From: Ostrea edulis
Lineage: Eukaryota
Direction of reading: 5' to 3'
Length of the DNA stretch: 64,000 nucleotides
Assembly (NCBI RefSeq): GCF_947568905.1
Contig: NC_079172.1
Coordinates: forward strand, 31,682,001-31,746,000
A program made the position numbers and the translations under genes. The notes under the pieces were generated by a model. It was not told the origin of the DNA, did no database searches, and saw only the letters and a program-made list of their open reading frames with translations. Position 1 is the stretch's first letter; each line of letters begins with the position of its first letter. Positions 13,953 to 26,039 of this stretch are shown one piece after another.

Positions 13953-16150
13953 CTAATAATAATAATAATGATAACCTTCATTTATCCAGGATAACACAAA
14001 TTAGCAAATAGCTAGTTTCATTGTGGTCCTGCATTAAAACATGTACACAAACATAAAATTAACATCTAAAATTAGTATCTAAACATGAATACGATATAAA
14101 AGGAAAAGGGGGAAAATATAGCATAAGACACACCTAATTAGTGATAAAATTATTACCTAAATATGAATACATGACATAAAAGGAAAGAAGAAAAAATAGC
14201 ATAAGACACACGCACACACAGTGCCATATCACAACTACATTTGGCACACCTGAACAAAAAGAGGCAATCACGATGTTTAAGTGCTACTTCTATGAAAATA
14301 TTCTATCAAATACACAGCTTTAAAAATGCCAACCGAACCAGAGCTTCGAACATTTTGAGACAGTTTGTTCCAAAGGAATGCAGAAGAGTAGCTGTATGAA
14401 CGTTTAAAATTTTCAGTTTTAGCTCTTGGTAAATATAATAAATTAGACATATAATCATTCGACCTGGTTTGGCGGCAACTCACATCTCTTGTATATTTAA
14501 ACACGTTTAGGTAATATGGCATCTGATTATTTAAAACTTTGAACAGAAAGACAACTTTTCTAAACATAAAATAATCCTTAATTGGCATCCAGTTCAAACA
14601 AGAAAATAAAAAGTCAGTAGAGGTCCTGATATCTCGAATATTTAAAAATATTCTTGCTGCCCTCTTTTGTAGCTTGAATTTTTTTTTCTAAATACAGTTG
14701 ATTTTGTACGTTACACCAGACAGTACAGCAGTAAGTTAAATGTGGAAAAACAATATTATTACAAACCGTGATAAGTGCATTTGGTGGCATAAAATAACTC
14801 ACTCTCTTAAGTACAGCAAGATTTCTTGCAATTTTCTTTGAAATAAACTCCACGTGTGCATCCCATGATAAAGTATTATCTATATAAACATCTAATAGTT
14901 TAGACTGCTTCACAAATTCAATTTGTACACCATTAAAATCTATATTTAACATTCGACATTTCCGTAACATTTGAGACGTGCCAATAAGCATACATTGTGT
15001 TTTTTGAAGATTTATACTGAGTTTATTTTTAAGCATCCATTCTGAACCCAACTTAAGGTCCTCTTGCAATTTTGATTCAATTACATCAACAGATTTATCA
15101 CTCACATCCTGTGAAGTGTCGTCTGCATACATTGTAACTGAAGAGTGTTTAAGACATTTTGGATAATCGTTAATGTACAAAATGAAAAATAATGGTCCTA
15201 AAATTGACCCCTGAGGAACTCCTAAGGATATACTTTTTTCTCTAGATAACACACCTCTCCAACTGACACATTGCTTACGATTTGTAAGATATGATTGAAA
15301 CCTTTTAAAAGCGTTGTAACAAATTCCAAAAGACATAAGTTTATGCAAAAGTACTTCATGGTTGACTGTATCAAAGGCCTTACGCAAGTCAATAAACAGA
15401 ACCCCTGTAAGCCTTCCATCGTCCATGTTTTTGAACCATTTATCAGTAAGACCATTCAACGCTGTCTCACATGAATGACTTGGCCTAAATCCAGATTGAC
15501 TATCTGTAATTTATTTGTTTGTAGATAAATATTCATAAAAGGAATTGAAGACATGCCGTTCAATAATCTTACTGACAACTGGTAAAATAGAAACTGGTCT
15601 GTAATTATTTACCAAATGCTCATCACCTGCTTCATACAATGGGACTACCCTAGCTCTTTTCCAAGCATCCACAAATGTGCATGAGGATATGGATTTGTTA
15701 AAAATAAAATGTAAAATATCACCAATATGATTAAATGACAACTTTAAGAGTTTTACAGACAAACCATTACTACCTGTGGCTTTCGAAGATGCCATTTTGA
15801 TAATTTCATTTGCAATAAATTCAATTGTAATTTCTGGAATTTTAAATGAACCTGGTGGTTCTAGATGTTCCACATACGGTAAAGAAGAATCAAAATGCTT
15901 TCCTATTTCATGTCCTACATTACAAAAGAAATCATTAAAACGGTTAGCCATTAATTCAAAAGAGGTAATGGTACCGTTGTCAGTTTGTAAATGTGTACAT
16001 ACTGTCGAATTCTGCCTCGATGGTAAACAATTCTCTATTTATATTAATGAACTAAAAGAATTTTTGATAGAAAAAATATATTGGTGGTTTACTATGATAT
16101 CTACAACTTCAAATCATTTTTGTTTTCATTGCCACACTTTTATCTGCATT
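13953..16150 (-). mobile_element. 5'-truncated, disrupted L2/CR1-clade LINE (RT and C-terminal region)
   Basis: ORFs 15511-15951, 14614-15459 and 14277-14597 carry NYRPVSILPVVSKIIE, FIDLRKAFDTV, GVPQGSILGPLFF and YADDT motifs, split by frameshifts or stops. A (TAA)n tail lies at ~13953-13970. Confidence 0.9.
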
Positions 16151-17644
16151 TCAAATTCAAGAATGGAGGGGACAAACGTGTGTTACATGTAATCAGTTCA
16201 AATTCCTAAGTGTTCTTTATTTAGCCTCGACGAAACATCGTTCTTTCCCGTAACATTGTACGGGAAAATTGTCTGTTCTGGACAGTTTCCGTTAAGTAAC
16301 GTGGTAAAAAAGAAAATGTTATCTGTAATAGACTGTTTCCGAGAAAACATAGCATTTGTATCCAAACCTTTCCGCGCCCTTCATTGTATGAAAATAGTCA
16401 CAAGCAAGTATGTGTTGAATTATTTATTTTATTTGAAAATTGAAACCTTTATGATAATTAAATGTATATACACTATCCAGCCTCCTTAAAATAGTCATTG
16501 AATATTTTATATTTCTATCATGTATTGTGATGCAACCAACCATTAAAATTCCCAATCATTACTTGCACGAAATAAAGGTCCTAAAAATCTATCAATGTAG
16601 TTCTAAGTAATTTGAATTGTTATGATAGAAATTTTAGAATTGAATAAACATTTCTTGTAACATCTACTTGCTTAGTAAATGATAAATGTGGCGCTAGTAT
16701 TCAAATCTTTCTCAAAAGATAAGTTTTTATGATAAGTTAGTTTGACTAATGTTATGCATTTTCACTAGTTCCTGCTTTAAACACATTTTTAGACCCAGAT
16801 CCTTGGAAATGGAATCCCAATAAATAGACAAGCATATCTAATACCACATTGATGTCGTTAACACAATGACAGGAACTCCTTCCTTAGTTGACCCAGCAAG
16901 ATAAATACTAACAATAAGCTGTAACAACTTTCTTCAAGCAATCGTTACATTTCTCGAAACTATGGTCATGCCACGACACTCGCCTTATAATACTGGTGCA
17001 TTCCCAAAAGTATTTTAACTATTTTAGGGAGGATTACATTTTTATTACAGGTCTAAAAAATACATGTAAAATGATACACAAGTATATACACTGTATACTT
17101 CTTTCTTCCAATTCATGATTCAACGAAAATAAATCATGATGAACACAATTCTTTTTCCCAAAGTGGAACTTGTTAAAACTTCATTTGAACTCCGCATACC
17201 GAGAAATATAGCATGCTTACTGTCTACAATATACTAATAAACCCCACAAGCAAATCTGCCGGTGTCGGGATAAGCAACCTTATTGCAAGATGGCTGAAAG
17301 ATCAAATTTTAACATTAATACTTTGAATGTTCTCCATCCTAAACTGAGTTTGTCTATACAGATATAGAAAAAAACGAATGTAAGAATTCTAAGAATGAGC
17401 ATTCAAAATATCCATGCTTAAATGTCTACCTATGAGCCGGTTTTTGTTCCAAAAATGTACATGCGATTTTGACCCCCCTTCACATTTTATTACAATGATT
17501 TTGAAATTAACGATTGTCATATACAATTGAATACTCCTCTTTGACTAACTGCACTCTGGTTATTCTCCGACTGTCCTTGACGAGCGGACATTCTCTTTGC
17601 AAGTGAATAAAGTTCCCGAACGCTTAACACCTACCGATAGATGT

Positions 17645-17838
17645 TGGACTGGTGTTTCGCTTCGCTACCAAGAGGTCTCGGGTTCGATTATCGATGCCGA
17701 CACCACGTCCAACCTAAGACTTTTAACATAAGTAGTGCGTGTTTTTCCGCCAAGCGCCCGGAATGAAAACCGAAGGTTATGGGTATTCGGACATGACATT
17801 TAACCAGGATATCTCTGTCACGGTAGGTGTTGGCATGG
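17645..17838 (+). mobile_element. Degenerate tRNA-derived SINE, 5' part
   Basis: B-box-like GGTTCGATTA followed by CCTAAGAC...AGTAGTG..TCCGCCAAGCGC...GGACATGAC, homologous to the SINEs at 24248 and 59546. Confidence 0.65.
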
Positions 17839-17883
17839 TAATTCAGAACGAAAGAAATGTAAATCTGCGAAGCATAAATAGTT

Positions 17884-20800
17884 TTAATACTCAATTGTTC
17901 CACTCAGAAGTTCTCTAACTATCTGCATACGCATGTAATGCGCAAGATGCTTCAGAATTGGAAACCTTCTCTCAATCAAAATAGCTTTGGCCATCTCACA
18001 TACATACACCCCACAACTGACACCGTCTTCTTGCAATGGGAATGTTGAATCACTGCAATAGTCGACATATTTCCATTCCCTCATTTCAAACTTCTTTCCA
18101 TACCTTACCATGTATTCATAAGCAAGGTACCTACAAATCTGAAATAGAATTACACTTGTAGTGTCGCCTTTGGAATCGCAATAGTATATAGTTTTCTTAG
18201 GGACGTTTATTGCCAGCAAAATCCAGTGAATATTACGTATATTAACCGGAATGAATATTTGCGATTTTTCGAACCAGTTCACAGTTTTGCTTTGGACTTC
18301 AAACATGTCACATTTTAACACCTTGGAACTACCGTCAACAATAACTTTGTGACTGAACCAACCAGCATCAACCATATGCACGTCTGAATTTGTATTATTT
18401 GATAGCATATCCATATAACAATTTATATCGTCACTAGATAGCCAGTACGTGTCATTACACATCGATTTTAAAGCAGACACCTCTACTGGATACCGTTTTT
18501 GAAAGCGTCCACAAAATTGATTAACTTGAGCAGCTGAAACGTTTTGCTCTGGAATGACCATCGTTTGAATTTCAGACAAATTGTCACATTTTTTGTCGAT
18601 TATCTTCACAGATATCCCCTTTTGCATTCTATCATAACAAGAGAGTAATATCTGCATATTTTTCATTCTTTCCTCCTTTACTTCTTCAGGTACATCACTC
18701 TCACCATAAATCAACAGTTTATTGTTGTCGTTGAATACTAATCTAACTGCACCATTCTCAGATACAAGCATCGTAGATATCTTATACTGCAGACTGACAA
18801 GGGGCATAGTTGTTGTTACTAAGCCCTCCAGATCAAAGTCATAACAAACATCACCTTTAATGTTCATTTCATCTGATGTAATCATCATCGTAGTGGGTAG
18901 CCAAGATACGTATGATGTGCATTTTGCATCTTTTGCAGAACAGGACGGACAACTCAACTGAATTTGAAACGATTTAGCTATGTCATGTAGATCAAATGAA
19001 GCAGGCTTTAGCACTGCGTAACGTGTTTTACACAAAATGTTCTCTCTTTGGCAAGACGTGCAGCTGACAACCACCTCTGCTGCATACTTAAAATGACATC
19101 CCAATTGTGTCTGCGACGAATTATTTTCAAAGAGAGTCCCCAAAAGCCGTTCAACAAATATGGAAACTTCATTCGACGTTTTGAAATTGCTTCTTTTTGC
19201 TACAAGACTTTGCAACTTCTTCAGTGAGGATTGGTTCACGCTTCTGTCTAATTTTATACTTTGCAGTAAATCTGCAGTATATCTTTTAGTGTTCTTGTTG
19301 GTTGGTAAGGACGAAATAGCTGCTTTGAATGCTTTTGTTTTACCTACACACTGAAGAAGAGAAGTCGTATACTCTGGTAGACTAGGTTCTTTTCTGTCAT
19401 ACAAAAGAAAGTAGCAGGAGCTTCCTACCTCTGACTCTGTACCAACAGATAGCTTTGTGTCACTAATTTTCTTCAATGAATTGTCCTCAAAGACAAAGGC
19501 TGTATAGTGTCCCGATTGGGTAGAGCGACCATGATGGCATACTGCACTTTTTAAAGTATACTGTACGTTCTGAAGATTGTCCGTGTAGTCGGTCAAATCT
19601 ATTAATCTATCAGGTTTGATCTCCGATACATTCTTTCGATATTGACACCTTCCAATATCATACTCAAACCTTTTCACCGTTAAAACTAAAGTACTAGGGG
19701 CTTCTCTCAATTTTTGATTCAAATCTAATAATCCTCCACATCGGCAATTTTCAATAATATCGTGTTCAAAATAATCTTTTAATAATTCTTTAACAGACAT
19801 TTTGATACCTGGTTTGTTTGGTATTGTTAGCGCCAAGTTTTGAACATATGAATCAATTTTTTCAGTTTTGTTCCCACAGTCTAAACACGTGAAGAACTTT
19901 ATGATGTTAAGTCTTTCACCAATGTCCATAGCCATTGGAGATATCGCTTTCATATAAAATTCATTTGCATCTTGTTGTTCCCTGTAATTTATTCCTAGAT
20001 CACCTACTGCTAAACCAAGATTGTTCAAAGCTGTTTGTACAAGTGGTGTAGGAACTTTTTCACCAGCTGACGCTCTGCTTAAAATGTGTCTGAACACGTC
20101 GTAAAAAGCCTCCTTCATATCATCTATTTTCTCCTTGCTGATAGCAATGGGTGCATTCTCAGAATAATCAAGAAATGATTTTGCCATGTTTGTAACACTG
20201 ATGGATTGTATCGTGGCATTGAACCAACAAGTTGCACCGAGATTGTCAATAGGACAAAATGTATTGCAAGAAGTGCTCTGTAACGTCGCACCCTTGGATT
20301 CGAGGGAAGACAGGGAGTGTATCGGGGCCTTTTGAAACCTACCTACATTATCGAGGAAATCTTCCGACTTCTGTCGCTTATTCCAGTTCTCTGTTATTGT
20401 TGTAACATTTCTTTTTCGTTTTAATTTTCCAACAGATTTCAAGGTGTCCTTTGCTGCACATCTCTGAATCTGAACCGTTTGCCTCATTAATTCCTCTGCA
20501 AAGTCGTCAATGCGACGGTTTTTCTTTCCATCCAATCCAATATACTTCAAAATACGAAATCTGTTTTCTATGGTTCCCTGTGTAGTACACTCTGAAAGCG
20601 TTGGATGGGTTTTGAGAAGAATACTTCCCCATAGTGGTAAGATCGGTATATATCGATTTAAAATTTGTTGAAGTAGAACTTCAGAATGGTAGGGATTTTT
20701 AATCCCAGAAGCATTTTCAACTACTGTGCACGATGCTGTATTGAAAATATCCAATCCCCATGTTTTAAATGGAGAAAAAGTAGCTAAATTTAGAAAATCT

Positions 20801-23688
20801 TCCTCAGTAAATCTACTGGATGCAGAAAGGTTAGTTTGTTCGGTGGTACTTTCATATTCAATGGAGTCAGCATTGCTAGATGTGGATGTATCAAACGTAT
20901 TGACCTTATTGACAAGTCGATCGATATACGCCTTATTTCTATCGGTAATTGTTTTGGACTGCAGTGTAACAACTACATCGTGGAAGATTTCTCTTGCCTC
21001 AGTGAGGGAGCTACAATTTAAAAGTAAACTAACCATGTACATGCCTAGTTTTAAATTTCTTTTGTAGTGCAGTGTACAAAATCTTCGCACTTTCTTCATG
21101 AAATGGCTTTTGCATAAGTGAACTAGTGTTTTATTTGAATACGCACGTATGTCATTTTTGCCAGAACAATATTCCCATGCCCGGAGAAGGAAGTCTTGCA
21201 ATGTTTCGGTGTTAAATTCTTTTAATGCAGCAATAATGAAAACCCAAGATTCATCGCTGATGATAATTTTAGGTTTTGAAATGTTATTATAGCCATACAT
21301 TTTTTTTTCGGCATTCCTGAACCTTGTTATCCAGTCTTGCACACAAGGAAGGCTCTGATCTTCAGAAAGCATCGCAGAAACTGGGATCCCCATCTTGCCA
21401 TGTACCGGGTGTTTAACTGCAAGTTCGTAATACAGGTACTGCTTTCCATTCTCTCGTCGGACAACACTACCTGTAGCATCCCAAAACAGAGGATTCTTGT
21501 TTGACAACTTATGATAATACTGAAGTCCCTCTTCTGACCAAAACAAAATATAACGTGGCTTTGCAGAAATTTTTTGAATAAATCCAAACCCTTCCCTTTT
21601 TTGATCTTCCATACTTTTTAACAGAGATTGTAGAATATCTTTGTCTTTTCTCCCGACGTGGCGGCCTTCCGTGGCAATTTGTCTGTATACATGGGCGTCT
21701 GTCCCCAACCCATCACAATTACCCGATATTAATTGTGAAGTTTTTTTGTCGTGAAACTTTTCTAAGAAGTGTTTCAAAGGTTTCGCACCATTCCTAAACC
21801 TTTCTTTCAATACCTCTCTCTCCGTTTTTCGAATGGGCCGTGCATGCTCTTCCGTTGTTTTGTGCTTAACCTTCCCCTTATATTGAACCTGAACAAGACT
21901 TTTGTTCTTCATTACTACTTCTACTTCCACGGGACAATCAATGAACTTGCAGTGCGCTTTGCATTTAAAATATGGAGTGTCGCGCTTTTTTCGCCTAATT
22001 TGAGCGCTGCTTATCCTATGTTCATCAAATATGAACACGCAGTGTTCGTTTGACGTCTGTAATCCTTTAATAAAAATGTGTTGCCATTGTCCTTTTTTAA
22101 AATATCTGCCATTCTTAATGTTTTCTAAATGTGCACTGTCTTCGGCTGAAATGACGAAAGTGGTTAAAGATGGGATGTCAGTCGTAAAGTATTCGGGAAT
22201 ACTGCAGTGCAAGATGTCTTCTAAATCTGATCTGGACATTGGACATAAGTTGTTTCCTTCTACGTTTTTCTTTACATCACTGTATTGCTCGGGGCGGCCT
22301 GCAGAAGGAAGAACCTTAAGTGAATCAGTTTCGTCAAAAGCACGATCGTTAACTTGCTTAGACGATGCGGAAGAATGGGGTGAACGGTGTAAATCAATTT
22401 TGGGGGACACAGAAGGCGATGACGGGATATCTAAATGTGTATTGTTTTCTGGCGTATTCATGAGGTCAGGATGTTCATGCAGATTATGTGACTGATCTTG
22501 ATCAGCAGTTTTCATATGGTTCTGATTGATATGTTCAGACTCTGCAGGATATGCAACATCTGTAGAAATCATGGAAATGTTTGACTTTGTATCTTTGACA
22601 GACATCTCTAATTTATTGATTGTTGCGTGCGCAAAATCAACTGCTCGCTTTCTCATACTTCTTAAAGATGTTCGATTTTTTACATCAATTTTGTCCAATT
22701 CTAGAAGACATCGAGTTAATTTCTCCGATAATTCCCTGTACTGAAAACTATTTTCCGACCCGGAAAAAAGTGCTATTTCGCCATCAATGTGTCTAATTTC
22801 TCTATCAACCGTATTAATAGAACCTTCGATACTTTTCATCTCTTGTAAAACAAACGTGTCAGGGACAATACGAATACCCTTTACAAGAAAAAGGAATTCG
22901 CCATTGTTACATGCCTTCCTACCACAACGAAACTTTATATTTTTCCCAGTAACGCCATCTTCCAATGTAGGTAGTCTTAAACATGTGCAATGATACCATA
23001 TTTTGCAATTTTCGCATTCAACCATTCTACCCTCATCTACAGTATCATAATTAAGACCACAAATACAGTGATCACTTGTGGATGCTGTTTTGATAGTATG
23101 TGGGGTATAGGGTGTCTTTCGCTTTCTTAACTTTCTCGAAGAGCGAGTTAAATCATCGTCGCTTTTCTTCTCTCTCTCGTCAGAAGAAATATCTATAACG
23201 TTAATCGTTTTATTTCTTTTTAACGAAAGACGACCTCGTTTCAAAGAGCGATCATTTTGTCGGTCTTCAATACCTTGGTAACATTCTAGATTTACCACCT
23301 CATTTGCTTTCTTTACAGCACTTTTAGACATTTCTTCTGGTTTGGTATCACGGACATTCCCTCTGTTAGAATTCCATATAATGCTCAAATATTTTCTGTT
23401 CTTAGAGGAGTTGGACCATTTCAAATAGTTGGCCGCCAGACCATATGGACCCTCCTCGGAATGATCTCCATTGTTAGAGGGATTACAAAATTTTCTCAGC
23501 GCCGTTCCAATAGCCAGATAGTCTAATTTGTGATTTTTTATTTTCCATTGACCACTCTGTCTCTTCATTTTGCAAACTTGTGAAGATAATGAGTGCAAGA
23601 AAGTGATTGATGAAATATCTATAGATACGATCCTTCCGGAATAATACAAACGTAATATACATGTAATATTACATGTGCACATGCACAT
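17884..23688 (-). CDS. Multidomain MULE/NOF-like transposase: PHD finger - BAG - C2H-type Zn finger - DDE transposase - USP (C19) - inactive USP-like - Ulp1/SENP (C48). True start is uncertain (upstream exon possible)
   Basis: Uninterrupted 1934 codons. PHD: CICG...CENCKIWYHCTC...CGRKAC (~22909-23070). BAG: YRELSEKLTRCLLELDKID...RKRAV (~22605-22835). Transposase: FWDATGSVV, IISDES, LCKSH, TIENRF (~20557-21490). USP: NLGATCWFNATIQ and HHGRSTQSGHYTAF (~19390-20255). Ulp1: WLSSDDIN, IHWILL, YCDS, QEDGVSCGVYV (~17930-18460). Confidence 0.9.
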   Translation of the reverse strand: MCMCTCNITCILRLYYSGRIVSIDISSITFLHSLSSQVCKMKRQSGQWKIKNHKLDYLAIGTALRKFCNPSNNGDHSEEGPYGLAANYLKWSNSSKNRKYLSIIWNSNRGNVRDTKPEEMSKSAVKKANEVVNLECYQGIEDRQNDRSLKRGRLSLKRNKTINVIDISSDEREKKSDDDLTRSSRKLRKRKTPYTPHTIKTASTSDHCICGLNYDTVDEGRMVECENCKIWYHCTCLRLPTLEDGVTGKNIKFRCGRKACNNGEFLFLVKGIRIVPDTFVLQEMKSIEGSINTVDREIRHIDGEIALFSGSENSFQYRELSEKLTRCLLELDKIDVKNRTSLRSMRKRAVDFAHATINKLEMSVKDTKSNISMISTDVAYPAESEHINQNHMKTADQDQSHNLHEHPDLMNTPENNTHLDIPSSPSVSPKIDLHRSPHSSASSKQVNDRAFDETDSLKVLPSAGRPEQYSDVKKNVEGNNLCPMSRSDLEDILHCSIPEYFTTDIPSLTTFVISAEDSAHLENIKNGRYFKKGQWQHIFIKGLQTSNEHCVFIFDEHRISSAQIRRKKRDTPYFKCKAHCKFIDCPVEVEVVMKNKSLVQVQYKGKVKHKTTEEHARPIRKTEREVLKERFRNGAKPLKHFLEKFHDKKTSQLISGNCDGLGTDAHVYRQIATEGRHVGRKDKDILQSLLKSMEDQKREGFGFIQKISAKPRYILFWSEEGLQYYHKLSNKNPLFWDATGSVVRRENGKQYLYYELAVKHPVHGKMGIPVSAMLSEDQSLPCVQDWITRFRNAEKKMYGYNNISKPKIIISDESWVFIIAALKEFNTETLQDFLLRAWEYCSGKNDIRAYSNKTLVHLCKSHFMKKVRRFCTLHYKRNLKLGMYMVSLLLNCSSLTEAREIFHDVVVTLQSKTITDRNKAYIDRLVNKVNTFDTSTSSNADSIEYESTTEQTNLSASSRFTEEDFLNLATFSPFKTWGLDIFNTASCTVVENASGIKNPYHSEVLLQQILNRYIPILPLWGSILLKTHPTLSECTTQGTIENRFRILKYIGLDGKKNRRIDDFAEELMRQTVQIQRCAAKDTLKSVGKLKRKRNVTTITENWNKRQKSEDFLDNVGRFQKAPIHSLSSLESKGATLQSTSCNTFCPIDNLGATCWFNATIQSISVTNMAKSFLDYSENAPIAISKEKIDDMKEAFYDVFRHILSRASAGEKVPTPLVQTALNNLGLAVGDLGINYREQQDANEFYMKAISPMAMDIGERLNIIKFFTCLDCGNKTEKIDSYVQNLALTIPNKPGIKMSVKELLKDYFEHDIIENCRCGGLLDLNQKLREAPSTLVLTVKRFEYDIGRCQYRKNVSEIKPDRLIDLTDYTDNLQNVQYTLKSAVCHHGRSTQSGHYTAFVFEDNSLKKISDTKLSVGTESEVGSSCYFLLYDRKEPSLPEYTTSLLQCVGKTKAFKAAISSLPTNKNTKRYTADLLQSIKLDRSVNQSSLKKLQSLVAKRSNFKTSNEVSIFVERLLGTLFENNSSQTQLGCHFKYAAEVVVSCTSCQRENILCKTRYAVLKPASFDLHDIAKSFQIQLSCPSCSAKDAKCTSYVSWLPTTMMITSDEMNIKGDVCYDFDLEGLVTTTMPLVSLQYKISTMLVSENGAVRLVFNDNNKLLIYGESDVPEEVKEERMKNMQILLSCYDRMQKGISVKIIDKKCDNLSEIQTMVIPEQNVSAAQVNQFCGRFQKRYPVEVSALKSMCNDTYWLSSDDINCYMDMLSNNTNSDVHMVDAGWFSHKVIVDGSSKVLKCDMFEVQSKTVNWFEKSQIFIPVNIRNIHWILLAINVPKKTIYYCDSKGDTTSVILFQICRYLAYEYMVRYGKKFEMREWKYVDYCSDSTFPLQEDGVSCGVYVCEMAKAILIERRFPILKHLAHYMRMQIVRELLSGTIEY

Positions 23689-24247
23689 ATAAATTCATAT
23701 CACAAATTTGACCTTGAAAACTTAAAGTAATAGGTTTAATTAAGAATATAATGACTGGCCGCAAATCAAAACTATATGAATAAAACGATTTCTTGCAAAG
23801 TGTTGTGTCTCGCTAAATTGGAGTCTAACTATGCCTAAGTATTGATAAATCAAAGTTGTCGTTATGTCGTACCAATAAATTTCTACTTCGTCCGACGAGT
23901 TGTAAAGACAATGGGGATATATTTCATCAGACTGGATCAAAAAATTTATATCCTGATTAAAACCTTGTTGTTGTTGATTTTGTTGTTGCTATTTGTAAAT
24001 ATCAAGAATTAGATTCTAGTACGAATTAACAAACAACAATGGTGGATCTAGCGGTGAATACAATTCCCTTGCGGAGAGTGAGGGATTTCATATTTCTATG
24101 TTGTCAAAATTACTTCGTAAAACCAAGTGGCATAAGTTCCCAACCATGAACTTCATATAAAATATACGGCTTCAAAAATTTAAGCATTTCAATATGTTTT
24201 AATAAATGACCTTGAACATAAAACGCTCTCAAGGTTATCATTTTCTT

Positions 24248-24575
24248 CGCGGTAGCTCAGTGGCAGAACGGTCACTTCGTAACCGAAGGTGTTGAGTTTG
24301 AGCCCAACTCGTGCCATGGCGGCCAAACCTAAGACATTGAAATGGGTAGTGATTGCTCCTTCGCTAAACTAGTGAGAATCACTTGTCTATCGGATATGAC
24401 CTTATAAACGGAGGTCCCGTGTCGCGGCAGACGTTGGCACGATAAAGAACCCTTACTGCTACGGCCTTGAACACTAAGCATGGATCTAAATTTGTGGTAC
24501 TTCACCAACAGCTGGTGATGTTTCAATATAAGTGGAAGATTATCGACGGGACGTAACACAACCAACCAATCAATC
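24248..24575 (+). mobile_element. Full-length-like tRNA-derived bivalve SINE
   Basis: A-box-like GTAGCTCAGTGG, degenerate B box, core CCCGTGTCGCGGCAG..GTTGGCACGATAAAGAACCC, and a 3' CGGGACGTAACACAACCAACCAATCAATC tail. Confidence 0.8.
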
Positions 24576-26039
24576 ATATTACACCTCATTTGTCTAGCCT
24601 AATAGCATAGTATTAGTAACTAGTTAGTCAGTGTGCCGACTATCTATAATCATATATCTTTATACATATAACCATATAACCATGATAACGATATTATTGT
24701 TAAGTCCGCGGATCGAATAACATGATGCCAAAAGTAACCTGTAGGTGTCCAATAAGTTGACAATTACAGTCCATTATTTTAATAAAGGACAAAAAAATGT
24801 CCAAAATACTGTTAAACCTTAACAATAGCTAGCGCATATGTCCAGCGCTTGAAAATGGTAAGTAATTGTCACCTTATTGGACGGTGCCAGGTAAATTAAT
24901 CAACGTGTTAGACAGGTAGACTAAAACATGAGAAGACGCCGCAATTGCTAAACAGAAACAATTCCTTTATTGGAAAGTCACTGATATACCTAAACGATAA
25001 TTTTCTCTTAGTATATTCATCTGCTCCAACTTAAAGATTCAAAAATTTCATTTAATTCTCCTAAAGTAAAGTAAATTTTATTTAAAGTCGGGACTATATA
25101 CATTCAACAAATCAAACACAAGCTCTATAGAGCCTTTTAACCGACTATCACATTCAAGTATATCAAAGACACATAGCATGCATGTACACATATACACAGA
25201 CATATCACAGATAACAAAAGAATACAAAACTTTCATGCAAGAATATACAAAAATATACAGATACGAAAGCATAAGACTAAGAGGAAGAAATAAAATACTA
25301 CAAGCAAGAGTATATGTATGTAAAAATCATCATTAAATTTCAAGCTAATTAGCTATGTTTGCTGTTTCAAGTTTCCTTTTGGGGTCAGAGCAATAATTGA
25401 TATATTGCGCGCATTAATTCATTTGATGAGAGCAATAATTGATTTAATGCGCGCATTAATTCAATTAAAGACCAAAAAAAAACAAAAACAAAAAAACACC
25501 GTACGGTTGCTCCACGGATCACTGAATGTGGGCGGAGCTTATCCATGGTCAATGTTATTTACCTGGAATTTACCTGGCTAAGAGAACGGTTGTTGTGTAT
25601 ATTTTTATGATATACACAGGAAATTTCTCAGGTTATTACAAATTATGCTTAGTGTCTTGATTTGTGCAAAAAAAAAAAAAAAATAATAAAAAAAAAAAAA
25701 ATAAAAAATTCTACCTACATGCATTCCGCATTTCTATTTCCCGTAAACCTTCAAACTTGGTCATATTTATGTATTGCAAATGACAGGTTTAGCCCATTTC
25801 TAAACCTTTGCTTTTTAAAACTGCTAATTAAATTGTTATATATCGTATATAAATATTTTCCTAAATATGATATTACCCGGCGTTTCCAGGCACTTCCTGG
25901 TGTCCTGAGAGTTCGCGGTGTCGTGGGTGTAGTAGGTAAAATATCCATGTTTCGAGAGAATGAATAAATCCAAGTAGATCTGTGTACATGTACAACCAAA
26001 TGAAGAATGATCAAGATACCCCTCAATATGGGCCGTCTG

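Noticed and set aside
19160-22993. Several + strand ORFs opposite the 1934-aa gene, and similar antisense ORFs opposite pPolB, MCP and integrase
   Set aside because: Shadow ORFs with no recognisable motifs.
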